Source: the human T2T-CHM13v2.0 reference genome, Homo sapiens. From it: DNA of 64,000 nt. A model generated the notes under the pieces. That model was not told where the DNA came from. It was given only the letters and a program-made list of their open reading frames with translations, and did no database searches. Of the stretch, positions 46,832 to 60,397 are shown piece by piece. Each line of letters opens with the position of its first letter. The stretch's first letter is position 1. The stretch lies in the NCBI RefSeq assembly GCF_009914755.1, contig NC_060925.1; one strand, written 5' to 3'. Both the position numbers and the translations under genes were made by a program.

Positions 46832-47414
46832 AAAAAATGTTCGAAACACATTTATTTTCTAAATCACCTGAAGTTGACTTATATAAGATAATTTCAACAA
46901 ATAAAATGTTCAATGAAAAATTGTGGTATGCAACGTACTTATGTCATTACAAGTTGAGGAACAAAGATATTTTTTAAATTAACTGTAGGTTTTAGGGAAA
47001 CATTTATTATACAGTACTACCAAAATAAAAGTGGATCCCTAAGAACAGCTCAAATACCCAGTGAAGTATTAAGAGGTTAACTATAATTTGTTTTCAGTCA
47101 TATTCAGAAAATTTAATGTGTTTACTTGCTTGTTGAGTCTTTACAAGTTTAATCTTTTTGGCTTTGGTGATTAACTTTTAGTACCTCTTTCTTTTCCCTA
47201 GCTGATTAAGTTTGGCCTACCTATCAACAAAAATCTGCCAGTATCTTTGTGATCACCAGAAAAGCCCTTGAGTTTCCAGCGGTATTTCTTTTTAATTTCT
47301 GTAAGTGCACTTATTATTGCTTGAGATCCTCAGGAGTTTTGAATCTAGCCTGGCATTCTGTATCTCTTTCTAGCAAATCAACATAAACAACTCCTGAGAT
47401 TGCTCCAAAGTATT
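46832..47414 (-). pseudogene. LARP7P1: LARP7 processed pseudogene, 5'-truncated (C-terminal xRRM coding part 47414->47094 plus 3' UTR)
   Basis: Minus strand reads [26 protein letters not shown]...EIKKKYRWKL...SGDH...YWQ...VDR*AKLNQ...LITKAKKIKLVKTQQASKHIKFSEYD* (TGA 47094-47096) with frameshifts. This matches the LARP7 C-terminus ([26 protein letters not shown]...KTQQASKHIRFSEYD). Intronless; AATAAA at 46851-46856. The parent is clear; the P1 number is recalled, not verified. Confidence 0.9.
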
Positions 47415-47455
47415 GCATACAAAAGCACTTACAACTTTAAAAATGGGTAAAAATC

Positions 47456-47848
<393 letters not shown>

Positions 47849-48239
47849 CTAGCAGGGCACAGTGTGATGGAGGAGGGTTCAGAGAGCTCCCAGCCAGATG
47901 GGATGTGCTTGAGCGTGTATGTGTGTGCATAGAAATAAAGATCATCAAAAAGACAACAAACGTAAAAAAGCAATACAGAACACATTTAGTGAGCACATGC
48001 TACGGGGATGCTGGAGAGAAGAGGCCAACTCAGGGACGGAAGGCAGGGACACCCTCTCTGGCTCTGGAGCACTGGGACTGACAGTTGCGACATCCATAAT
48101 TCATAGCCCATCAATCTTGGAGGGTCCTGTGCTCTGACCCTTTTAAAAATGACCCTCTTCTCTGATAGCTGAGCCCTCCTTGGAGGCCCAGGGCAGAAAG
48201 GTTTCTCTGCAAGACATCCTCTGGTGCCCAGCATGATGG

Positions 48240-48690
48240 ATGAGGAGGCCAGAGCTGCTCAGGGCAGCTGAGGCCAGTGGGGCTGAGTGGGGAGATAAAT
48301 ATAGCAGCAAATCCAGCTCTGTGTATAGAGAGTGCGGAAGGCCAAAGGGCAGTGCCCTGGGTAGCATTGAACATGTAAGAGGTGACTTAACAAGCGCAGC
48401 TCGTGAAGGAAACAGGGAAGGAGCAGTCAGAGAAAGGTGGAGAAAACAAGCAGTGTAATGCATCATGGAAGCCAAAAGGGAAGACAGCTTCACCAGGACA
48501 GCGGAGACGCCAGCGGTGCCTGCAGAGTCCTCCAGAGAGGCCCCTGCCATGGAGGGTGGAAACGTGCCTCGTGAATTTGATCAGTAAGAGGTCCTTGGGG
48601 AGCCTGGGGAGAGCAGTATCAATGAAAGGTGGAGGCAAAAACCAGGTTTCCATGGGCTGAGCAACAAATAGAAAGTGAAGAAGGGATACT
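48240..48690. mobile_element. L2 LINE fragment
   Basis: GCATCATGGAAGCCAAAAGGGAAGA...GAATTTGATCAGTAAGAGGTCCTTGGGGAGCCTGGGGAGAGCAGT. Confidence 0.5.
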
Positions 48691-48697
48691 AGGAGTC

Positions 48698-48908
48698 AGA
48701 TTGTCAGATTTAGCAAATAAAAATACAGGATGTTAACTTAAATTTCAATTTATCTGACATTTGAATTTCAGATAAACAATGAATAAATTTTTAGTATAAT
48801 AAGTATGTCCCAAATATTGCATGGGACATACATAAACTGAAATAATTATTTGTCATTTATCTGAAATTAAAGTTCAAGTGGGCATCATGTATTTTATGTG
48901 GCGGTTCT
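48698..48908 (-). mobile_element. MER53 palindromic hAT MITE
   Basis: CAGATTTAGCAAATAAAAATACAGG...TTTCAGATAAACAA...AAGTATGTCCCAAATATTGCATGGGACATAC...TTTATCTGAAAT...TGTATTTTAT. Confidence 0.88.
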
Positions 48909-51069
48909 AACAGGTTAGCGTGTGGACTTCTCTCCCAAACAACTTGTCTGGGAAGAAGAGCTGATTGCTAGAGCCATAGCTAGAAAGGGACCCCAGTCAA
49001 TGGAAAGTTGTATTTAGGATGGGATCATCTAAGCGTGTAGCCCAGGCAGCACTTTCTGTAGCCTGTTTGTAGGCCGAAGAGAAAGAAGGAGAGGCTAAAG
49101 ACACAGTTGGGAGAATGCTAGATTATTGAAACCATGGGCCTCTAATCAGGACCAGCAATCATTTCACTGGATCCACCCATAAAAAGCAGAAAGTCCCTCC
49201 CCAACACTCCATTCCACTAAAAGCTCAGAAAAATGCAAATTTCCAACATTGATTTGCAAGTGTATTCCCGCTCCTGCAAACTGCAGGATTGTGGATTTCA
49301 TACAAACTCTATCCAGTAGATTTTTGTTTCTTTTGTTCTTTTGTTCTTTTTCTTGGTGTTTTAATGGACCACCATAGCTGAAAATATTTTGCTAAATAGA
49401 GCAATCCACTTTGCCAACTTCAGCATTTCTTAAAATTCTGTCACCAGATAGAACCATTTTTAATAGCTAGATTCCATAACCAGTTCAGGCCTCAAGCCTA
49501 GGTCTTTTAAAGCGAATGAATCAGATTAGTGCTGAAATCGAGCTCCTCCTTCCTCTTTTTCTATTTTTACTCTTACTGCTAATGGCGAAGTTATCAAAGC
49601 CTCTTTTGATGATGAAATAATTGTATCATTGAATCATCACATGACTGAGTCAACAGCTGTTTTTCTTCCTCATCACACCAGTTTCCAAGGTCACATCTGG
49701 CTTGAGAAACTTGAAGTCTGGTGTCCTTTTGTTTATTTTTGTTCCTTTTCCTCTAATTCCTTAGATTTCTGCCAGATTGGGAGCCTTCATTAGTGTTTTG
49801 TTTCTGTGTTCGTGAGACAGAAAGGCAGACAATGGTTTTTTTCCCCTTTCCACAAATGCTAACTTGAAGTCTTGTTTTGTTTTCATTCACTTTTGAGGCA
49901 GAGTCCAGCCCACCAAGTCGAATTCTTTGCTCAGTTTTAGGCATGTAGACCCCACAGCAGAAGCAGTGCTGTGGCTTCCGCTGTCCTTCCTAAGAATGTC
50001 CCTGGCTGCTAACTGTTTGGATGTTCCCCTCCTTCACTAGGGACTTTGAGACTGTTAATAAGAAAAAAATAACAACATTGGGCTACACCAATTTCCCTTC
50101 TCTCAAATTGCTTGTTCTATGTTAGTTTCAAAACAAGAGTTTGCCACCTTGGTTTTAAAGAGAGCACTAATGGACTGCCCCCAGTGCTACCTGTTCTGTT
50201 TCTAATCTGCTCCAGGATCCGACAGAATCCATATAAGGTAGAGGACAATTGCTTTGAACAGACATCCTCAAGATAGTTCATAATTTTGCCTTTGGTTTTC
50301 TCATTTGTAGCACTCAGGATAGAGCTTGGTCTTCTTTGGTGCCTGAGATTTAGGATTGGGCAGGAGGAGGTTATGTTTGGGATCTGCTTTCAAGTAAAAT
50401 ATCTCTACCAACTAATGAGTAATTTAAGATTCTCTCTCTATATGGTACTTATCCCAAGAGGTAGACAAGTACAGACGGGGTGTAGCTAAAGCTGGGGCCA
50501 TGGCGGGACAGGAAAGTTTCTTTATGGGTCAAAATACTTGCAGTGTTAAACAGGCATGTTACCAAAACAGGTTCCCTCAGGGTGATGGCTCTTCGTCTGC
50601 TAGGCTGACCAGGGGGCCCAGATGGTGTGCCTGATATCTGGGAGGACGTCTCCAAGAATGTGTGACTTAAGTCACCTCACCTGGAGGTTGAAGGCCTTAC
50701 ATTATTTAAGCCAGAAAGGACTTCGAAGACCCTGTAGCCTCAGGGCTCCCAGACTTAATTTCATGGTCTATTACAAGTTGGAAGTAAAATACTGTAAAAA
50801 GTAACTGGTTGTCGATAAGTTTTATTTTGCCAGTTGAGCAAATAAAATACTCACCTTCTGTCATCATTTCAGAAAAGTACCTTTTAATGTAAAAAATATG
50901 GAAGACTTATTCTCTCACTCTTAACATAAAGGATATATATCCCTGTCCTTCCCCAGAAAGTCAGTATTAAACTTACACTAACAGTACACAAATATACTGT
51001 ATTATATGTCTGTGTGTATCAATATGCATGCACATCATCATCCTCCTCCTTACTTTTTCCTTATCACAT

Positions 51070-51330
51070 GGGTAGCTGTAATGTAGTGATTTAGTACGTG
51101 GACTCTGGGACCAGGATACCTGAGTTCAAATCCAGGCTCTACCACTTACCATATGAAGACCTTCAGGTAAGTTACTTAACCTCTCTGAGCCTTGGTTTTA
51201 TCATCTATCATGTGAAGGTGTTAATAAGAATACATACTTTTCCAGGTGGTTATGAGATTAAATGAGTTAATATATGAAAACCACTTCACACAAAGGAAAT
51301 ACCCAGTAATTCATAGCCATTGTTATATTA
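51070..51330 (+). mobile_element. MIR SINE
   Basis: TGAGTTCAAATCCAGGCTCTACCACTTAC...AAGTTACTTAACCTCTCTGAGCCTTGGTTT...GAGATTAAATGAGTTAATA. Confidence 0.75.
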
Positions 51331-54312
51331 TTTTGCCACAGACTAGTGAAATCTTTATAAATTGGTATCTGGGAACCACTGACAAAGCACTCCTTTCCTT
51401 TTCCATATAAGGAACAACTTAAGTCTAGAGTGGGCATGATTTGTCCAACTCAGGTCATGGCCAGTCAGTGACTGGCATGGGCATAGAACTCAAGTCTGCT
51501 GACCAAGTCCAATGCATCTCTGAGGTTTCCTGGAAAAAAAAAAGTCAGTTAGGCAAATGACTGGAGGGTAGGATGGGAATCAGTGAACATGGGCTGAGTG
51601 TGTGCATAGAGAGGGGCGGGGAGCCAGCACTTGAGCAGAGCACACTAACCAGTTTGGGAACCCCAGGGAAGTCTGGCCATTGCTGTCTCCTTTCTCTTTC
51701 CTCCAACCTCAGAGAAAATGAATATAGGAGCAGGTGACAGCCTGGGGTTGGGGGTCGAGGGAGTCTGCACGTGGGATGGAGTAGGTCGGTAGCAATGCAC
51801 TTCTACCTCTTCCTCCTTCAGCCTTCAGTCCACCCATAGAACATACGGCTGAATCTCCAAAGTCCTACCTCTTACGACTCTGCTGGTACAGTCTGTTGGA
51901 TGGAGGTCCTGCCCCTCCCAGGCACCAATCACCAGAGCAACCAAGGCTGGAAATAATGCTCAACCCTTCCACTCATTTTTGCTGCTGTGGTTTGGGGACC
52001 ATTCTCCATTTCCTAAGCAGACACAGCCTTGGTGAGGACCATGGGATCAGGTAGGATTGCACTCAGTGGCTGGTAACAGAATCCATGGGACTATGGCTTC
52101 TTTTTCACTCCCCATAGCAGGAAATCAGGGTGTCCAGGGCAGGCTCCTTTAGTCCCTCTGTTCCATCATCCTTCACATATGACTTTCATCCTCATGACCA
52201 CCTCCTGATCACATGTTCCAGGCAGGACGGAGACAAAAGAAAATGACAAAAAGCAAGGGTTGGGTACATATCAGGAAATCCAGACTTTCCCCTAAACCTT
52301 CCAGGGGCTCCTGCTACTGGAAGCTACTCCTAGCTGCAAGGGAGCAAAGGAAAGGTCATCTTTTGTCTGGGTAACAAATTGTGGTTTTATTAAGTAAGGA
52401 AGGAGAGAATTGATATTGGATAAGAAACATTTACTCCCAGGAAGATACAAATTGGAGCCTTTTCATTTCCTTTCCTCCAAAGTTGATTTCAGCGGGATCA
52501 CAGTCCAAGGAAGCATTAGCCCAGCTCCAGAAGCCTTAATGTCTGTATGGCCTTTGCTGAAACCCAGAACTCACATACAGTGGATCAGGCAGCACACAGC
52601 ACCCTGCATACCTTTTTTTACAAGTCTCCTTACACTTTCCTCTGACTCCTCTCAGTGGCGCTTCCAACCTCCCTCTCTCCTGCAAAGCAAAACAAAACAA
52701 AACAAGAGAGGCCAACTGGCAGCCTGTGCTGCCCTCTCTGCACAGCCTCCCATCTCTCTGACATCTTCCCTGTTACCACGTTTTTCCCTTTGTCTTCTCT
52801 GTGCACTTTCTTGTGGAAATGGGTTTGGTCTCTGGGTTGTTACAAATCTAGGCCTCCACCCCTTAGCCCCATAAGCACAACCAAGGCTGAAAATGATGAA
52901 TCTGGGAGATTATGACACAACCTGTGAACTATACTGTGATATTTTCCCCCGGCTACCCAGGTTACCAGCAAGCCAGTGTAAACTTAAGCGCTGCTTCTAC
53001 AACATCTGCAGACACCAGTCAGGGTGGGTCAGCTGTGCTTTGCTCCAGCCCTGGAGACCTGCCCCATCCCCGCTCAGCCTCCTGCTCTTCTTGTTCTTAT
53101 GTTGTCTGAACTCCCCACTTTGATACTCATCCTACTGGCTTCAGCCAAATAATTCCCATCTGCTCCTTCAGAGGCCCACTTAGGATGGTCTGTTTGGGGA
53201 GGTTCTCTCAATTCACCTCACTGGCCCCAAGCCAGTCTGCTGTGCTACTCTGATAGGTCAGCCCTTGGTTTATATTATTTTTATTTGTACTTGGTATTCC
53301 GATTTTGAGCTGCATTCTTTATATCTGTTCTGTCTCCACTATTAGGCTGGGACCAACCTGAGTGCAAAGTCTGGGTCTCCTGTCAACCCCTCGGGACAAG
53401 GGTTACTTTTTTTTTCCCAGCTGATGTTTCTTGGGTACCTTCCATGTGTCAGATGCTGAGGTTGGTGCTCAGGACATGAGACAGACCCAGCCCCTGTTCT
53501 CCCTCAGGACTTGCTTCTCCTGGTCCTGTCTGTGCCCCCAGGACAGCACTCTGCCTGACACATCGGGACAACTGACCACTGTCTGGACAGAGATGAGGAA
53601 GAGGATAGGGATTCAGCCCTTGGAGATGAGCCCCATCACTCTCTTCCTGGATTCCAAGTTCATACCACTCTGGCGGCTCCTCTGAAAATCCCCAGGCCTC
53701 CTCCCAGTCTCCCGGCATCCGGTGTTGCTGTTGGCCGGGCCTGCCTGCCACACAGCCAGGGACTGAAGGACATTTTATTCCAAATGAGGGCAGTCAGCTG
53801 AATTTCCAAACCAAAGATTTTTCCACTTCAAATTTTCTCCTTTCCTCTTCTGCCCAAATAACACATTTGTTTTGTAGAAAAGGGACAGAGCAGTTCTATA
53901 TCTAAGGGTTAAAGACTTTATGGGGATACCTGGGGGATAGGCAGGGCTGTGGCCAAAGTCCTTATCCTGTTGGGAGGAGAGGGAAAAGAAAGGAACTGAG
54001 AAGGGCCTTCCAGTCCCCAGGAAGACAAAGGGGATAAGATCAAATCAAGGGATGCCTTTTTTCTTTCCGACCCTATACTGCACTCTCCTTCTTCTTCCAT
54101 CTCCTTTTCCTGTTTATTTCCTCTTCCTCTCTTCCTTCCCACTATCTTCTTCTCTCTCTTCCTCTCCTTCCTCTTCCTCCATGCATTCATTCATTCATGC
54201 ATTCTCCCAGCAGACATTTATTCAGCATCTACTATGTGTCAGACACTGCCGCAAGCTAAGAATACAGAGACAACTAAGTCAAGGCTCAGAGTTCTTATAG
54301 TCCAGAGGTTGA

Positions 54313-54735
<423 letters not shown>

Positions 54736-54737
54736 CA

Positions 54738-55045
54738 TTTTTTAAATAGACTTTTTTTTTTTAGAGCAGTTTTATGTTTACATCAAAATTGAGTAGAAAG
54801 TACAGAGTTCCCCATGTATCCCCTGCCCCTCACACACACAGCCTCCCCAACTATCAACATCCCCCACAGGAACAGTCATTTGCTAAACCCGATGAACCTA
54901 CATTTTAACATCATTATCACCCAAAGTCCAGAGTTCACATTAAGGTTCACTCTTGGTGTTGTACATTCTATGAGTTTGGACAAATGTATAATGAATTGTA
55001 TCCACCTTTATAGGATCATGCGGAGTAGTTTAACTACCTAAACAT
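54738..55045 (-). mobile_element. L1MC/MD-type 3' end fragment
   Basis: TTTAGAGCAGTTTTATGTTTACATCAAAATTGAGTAGAAAGTACAGAGTTCCC...GTTCACTCTTGGTGTTGTACATTCTATG. Confidence 0.78.
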
Positions 55046-57895
55046 CCTCTATGCTTTGCCTCACTTAATCTTTCAATCTTCAATTTCTTCTTCTTTGAAA
55101 TGGGAAATATAACAATTATCTCATAGAGTGATCATGAGGATAAAACAAAATAATATATATGAATATTCTGCTTTAAGTGTGGGTTATTTATATAATATCA
55201 CAGGGAAAAACCAAGAGAACTCACATAGTTGTCCCTGATTGTGGTATGTGCTACCGGAGAAAGGAGAGAAGCAGATAGGAAAGGATGAACTTTCGCCCAA
55301 GCATCAGGGAGACGCTGCTGCATGAGGTTTGGGCTGCAGGCGACATTGGGAGTAGTAGTAGGAGGAGGGCACGGAGGCCCACGGAATTCTAACAGGGACT
55401 CTGGACTGTTCCCTGCTCCTGAAGTAGCCCATCCCAACTTTATCCAGGCAGTCCTCTGGCTGCTGCTGGCAGGGGCTCAGAGAGCCTGTGTGAGTCACAT
55501 CCACGTGGCTGATGTGGGGAGGGAAGAAGGGATGGGGAGGGCTCATGCCCGCGCAGGGCCACGCTGGCTTGGAGAAATGGTTCCTGAAAGTCCCTGGCAG
55601 AAAGTGGGCTGCTGTGGGCTGTTAATGTGCCATGCAAATCAACCAGTAAACAGTCCCCAATGAGAATCCCAGATGTCTGTTCACTCCAAAGCACAAGACA
55701 CTCATTTTGGGCTCCAGGTGGGGACCAGCTCAAGTGAACCCTGCCCATGAGCTGAGGCAGGACTGCTGGTCTCTCTGTCTTCCTGCCTCTGGACGGGGAC
55801 CTTGTTCCTGGAGACCTCATTGTCCTCCTACACTGAGACAGGCAGTGTCTACACAGGGAGAAGGCGACCGGCAGTACAGATGACATCAACATATCACCTT
55901 TCATTCAGGATGGGAAAAATCATTCTGGGGTCTGCTTAGGCTGTCTAGGCAGAACAAAAGAGCTGCACCATAGTGCTAGAGACAGGATGAACCATATGGT
56001 ATGCTTGTGGGGTACCCCAAATTTCCACCTGAGTTGGGTCTGTTGCCAGGCAGAGGCACAGCTGGGTTTGGGGGGATGCCAGGTGCTTGCTGTATATATG
56101 CTCAGAATGCGTTGGCTTGTGGGGAGGATAGCTAGAGAGGGAGAGGTGGAATGAAGCACATCTGGTGACCCGATTTTTTGTTTTCTTGTTCTTAGTTAAG
56201 AGCCTCAGCTATTCTTGGGGCTGGAGGAAGAAGACAAGGAAACAGGCAGGGGCAGGAGAAGGAGAAAATGGGGCAGGTAGTGTATGTTACTTGGGGAGGC
56301 TCAGAGAGGGAGTGCTGTTTTGATCCCGGGAAGGCCTCTACTTCTCATGGAGTGCGAAGGGGCTTGGTGTTCCTAGGTGAGGAAGAAAAGTATGGTCACA
56401 TGACCATTTAGCAGCCTCTCCCACAGGGACTCAACATGCAGTCATATCAATATATCATTCCAAAAGCAGCACATAAACACATATACCTTCAAGGATAATT
56501 GCAAGCACAGGGTTTAATTATACAGACAATGAAAGCCCACACTTCTTAGAGACACACTGCCACTGAAACACACACAGCCCTGCTCATAAAGACTAGAAGT
56601 GGTCACATTGACCCTTCAGGTCAGGGCAAATGTGCCTTGAACCAGCATCACCCTTTGGAGTTTGCAAAGTCTAATGTCCATCTCAAGTTTTCCACAAACT
56701 TCTGGAGGGTGCTCCTGCTTCTGATGAATTGTTCGATCCAGGGTCCTCTGGCCATTCCTGGTGACTGTCCCTGTTCCACACCACCACCATCCAGGTGGAG
56801 AACATGGCAGAAATACTTGCAAGGCTTCTGTGATGTGGAAAACTTAGGAAGCTTTGAAGAAATGAAGAGCTTTACATCATAGCAATAACACTAAACACTA
56901 AATAATACTAAACAACAGACATTTCTGGTATGACTTTTTAAAAATCCATTGATCATTTTCATAACTCAGGGTGCAGACTCTTTGCATGTTATTCAGCTAA
57001 TCCCCTTCCCCCTCTTCATTGTTGTCTTCTTCTTAGGGGCAAAATCCGAATTCCTCTCATTTCTTACGTGGAACAACTTTCTCCAATCTCTGCTGCCAAA
57101 CGTGGCTCGTGAACTCCCTTAGCATAGCCAAAAACTCACTGGAAGCTCTGAAAATAGCCCTGGTGACTTGCTGATTAAGCTCCTAGAGCAGAGGCTATCT
57201 GCCTTCCCCATCTTCCTGTACTAAGGGCAGTTTTTATTTTTCTAGCTAAATGTAAATATGCAAATATACACTTGGACACAGAACTCTCGATCCACTTCCC
57301 CAAATAGGTTAGACAGGAAGAATTCATCTATGCCATGTTCAGGGCAGTTAGCTAAATCTAAAATTGCCTCCCTCCCTCAACTTCCTACTCTCTACTTTCA
57401 GGGTTCCCGGGGCTCTTTTTACAACAGATTTATAAAGTCAACATCATTGAGAGCCTGCCCTATGCCAAGCATTCTTCTTGGGAGATACAAAGATGATAAA
57501 ACAAGACCACGGAACTCAAGGAGCTCAAATCCTAGATGGAGTGGCAGATAAGTAAACATGGAATCATGATGTAATAAGATGAAGTCTATGATAGGGAAGG
57601 TAAAATGTGCTATTGGAACACAGAGAAGAGCAGTTGAACCAGTTTGGGGCTGGGAGTGTGAGGAGGATGTGCAGGATGAGTAGAAGTTCATCACTTAAAG
57701 GAGAGGGTACAAAACCTGACCATCCATTTATGCAGTTGCAATTGTTTATTACTTTGCTAAGCAGTGAACAAGATGGACAGGCTTCACTTGGTGGTGAAAA
57801 CTGCAGGCTTTATAAATAGGTGAGTGTTGTGGAAGGGGACCCTCAGGGCCAGGTAAACCTGTCTAATGAGGTGACACTTAACCTGAAGCCTAAAA

Positions 57896-58248
57896 CATCG
57901 GTTCCCTAATGTTTTTGGTACCAGGGACTGGTTTCATGGAAGATAATTTTTCCATGGACAGTGGGGTTCAGAGGGGAATAGTTTTGGGATGAAACTGTTC
58001 CACCTCAGATCATCAGGAGCCAGTTAGATTCTCATAAGGAGTGTGCAACCTAGATCCCTCGCATGCACGGTTCACAAGAGGGTTTGTGCTCCTATGAGAG
58101 TCTAATGGCACTGCTGATCTGAAAGGAGGAGGAGCTCAGGTGTTAATGCTTGCCAGCCACTCACCTCCTGCACCTCCCACTGTGTGGCCTGGTTCCTGAC
58201 AGGCCATGGACTTGCACCAGTCCACAGCCTGGGGGTTGGGGACCCCTG
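57896..58248. mobile_element. MER1B hAT-Charlie MITE
   Basis: Termini CATCGGTTCCCTAA and GGTTGGGGACCCCTG; perfect 8-bp TSD GCCTAAAA at 57888-57895 and 58249-58256. Confidence 0.9.
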
Positions 58249-58322
58249 GCCTAAAAGAAGAATAAGAGTTAGCTAGGTGAAAGGGTGGGAATATGTTTAG
58301 GCAGATTAAAAAAGCATGTTTT

Positions 58323-59323
58323 GGGGGAGGTTCCAAGATGGCCGAATAGGAACAGCTCCAGTCTGCAGCTCCCAGCATAAGTGACGCAGAAGGTGGGTGA
58401 TTTCTGCATTTCCAACTGAGGTACCGGGTTCATCTCACTGGGGCTTGTCAGACAGTGGGTACAGCCCACAGAGCAAGGCGGGACATTGCCTCACCCAGGA
58501 AGCACAACGGGTCAGGGAGTTCCCTTTCCTAGCCAAGAGAAGCTGTGACAGACGGTACCTGGAAAACTGGGACACTCCCACCCTAATACTGCGCTTTTCC
58601 AATGGTCTTAGCAAATGGCACACCAGGAGATTATATCCCACGCCTGGCTCGGAGGGTCCCACGCCCACGGAGCCTTGCTCACTGCTAGCACAGCAGTCTG
58701 AGATCGAACTGCAAGGCAGCAGCGAGGCTGGGGGAGGGGCATCTGCCATTGCTGAGGCTTGAGTAGGTAAACAAAGTGGCTGGGAAGCTCGAACTGGGTG
58801 GAGCCCACCACAGCTCAAGCAGGCCTGCCTTCCTCTGTAGACTCCACCTCTGTGGGCAGGGCATAGCTGAACAAAAGGCAGTAGAAACTTCTGTAGACTT
58901 AAATGTCCCTGTCTGAAAGCTTTGAAGAGAGTAGTTGTTCTCCCAACATGGAGTTTGAGATCTGAGAATGGACAGACTGCCTCCTCAAGTGGCTCTCTGA
59001 CCCCCAAGTAGCCTAACTGGGAGACACATCCCAGTAGGGGCTGACTGACACCTCATACAGCTGGGTGACCCTCTGAGATGAAGCTTCCAGAGGAAGGATC
59101 AGGCAGCAACATTTGCTGTTCTGCAATATTTGCTTTCTGCAGCTTCCACTGGTGATACCCAGGCAAACAGGGTCTGGAGTGGACCTCCAGCAAACTCCAA
59201 CAGACCTGCAGCTGAGAGTCCTGACTGTTAGAAGGAAAACTAACAAACAGAAAGGACAACCACACCAAAACCCCATCTGTACATCACCATCATCAAAGAC
59301 CAAAGGTAGATAAAACCACAAAG
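58323..59323 (+). promoter_or_regulatory. L1 5' UTR internal sense promoter and antisense promoter; YY1 site AAGATGGCC at 58335-58343
   Basis: The motif is seen directly; promoter function is established for L1PA 5' UTRs, but activity of this copy is unknown. Confidence 0.6.
58435..58749 (-). CDS. L1 ORF0 homologue, open, 104 aa
   Basis: MADAPPPASLLPCSSISDCCASSEQGSVGVGPSEPGVGYNLLV... matches ORF0 (MAGAPPPASLPPCSLISDCCAS...); context GCAATGG; translation unproven. Confidence 0.5.
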   Translation of the reverse strand: MADAPPPASLLPCSSISDCCASSEQGSVGVGPSEPGVGYNLLVCHLLRPLEKRSIRVGVSQFSRYRLSQLLLARKGNSLTRCASWVRQCPALLCGLYPLSDKPQ

Positions 59324-60334
59324 ATGGGGAGAAACTAGAGCAGAAAAGCTGAAAATTCTAAAATCTGAGCACCTCTTCTCCTCCAAAGGAACGCAGCTCC
59401 TTTCCAGCAATGGAACAAAGCTGGACGGAGAATGTCTTTGACGAGTTGAGAGAAGGCTTCAGACGATCAGTAATAACAAACTTTTCCGAGCTAAGGGAGG
59501 ATGTTCGAACCCATCGCAAAGAAGCTAAAAACCTTGAAAAAAGATTAGACAAATGGCTAACTAGAATAAACAGTGTAGAGAAGACCTTAAATGACTTGAT
59601 GGAGCTGAAAACCATGGCATGAGAACTATGTGATGCATGCACAAGCTTCAGTAGCCAGTTTGATCAAGTGTAAGAAAGGGTATCAGTGATTGAAGATCAA
59701 ATGAATGAAATGAAGTAAGAAGAGAAGTTTAGAGAAAAAAGAGTAAAAAGAAACCAACAAAGCCTCCAAGAAATATGGGACTATGTGAAAAGACCAAATC
59801 TACGTCTGATTGGTGTACCTTAAAGTGACGGGGAGAATGGAACCAAGTTGGAAAACATTCTTCAGGATATTATCCAGGAAAACTTCACTAACCTAGCAAG
59901 GCAGGCCAACATTCAAATTCAGGAAATACACAGAACATTACAAAGATACTCCTCAAGAAGAGCAACTCCGAGACACGTAATTGTCAGATTCACCAAAGTT
60001 GAAATGAAGGAAAGGCAGCCAGAGAGACAGATCAGGTTACCCACAAAGGGAAGCCCATCAGACTAACAGCAGATCTCTCAGCAGAAACTCTACAAGCCAG
60101 AAGAGAGTGGGGGCCAATATTCAACATTCTTAAAGAAAATAATTTTCAACCCAGAATTTCATATCCAGCCAAACTAAGCTTCATAAGTGAAGGAGAAATA
60201 AAGTCCTTTACAGACAAACAAATGCTGAGAGATTTTGTCACCACTAGGCCTCCTTACAAGAGCTCCTGAAAGAAGCACTAAATATGGAAAGGAACAACTG
60301 GTAGCAGCCACTGCAAAAACATGCCAAATTGTAA
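59324..60334 (+). pseudogene. L1 ORF1, disrupted
   Basis: ATG GGG AGA AAC TAG (stop at codon 5), further stops, and a deletion near 60012; ORF1p fragments EQSWTENVFDEL and ENILQDIIQENF. Confidence 0.9.
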
Positions 60335-60397
60335 AGACCATCAATGCTAGGAAGAAACTGCATCAACTAACCAGCAAAATAACCAGCTAACATCATA

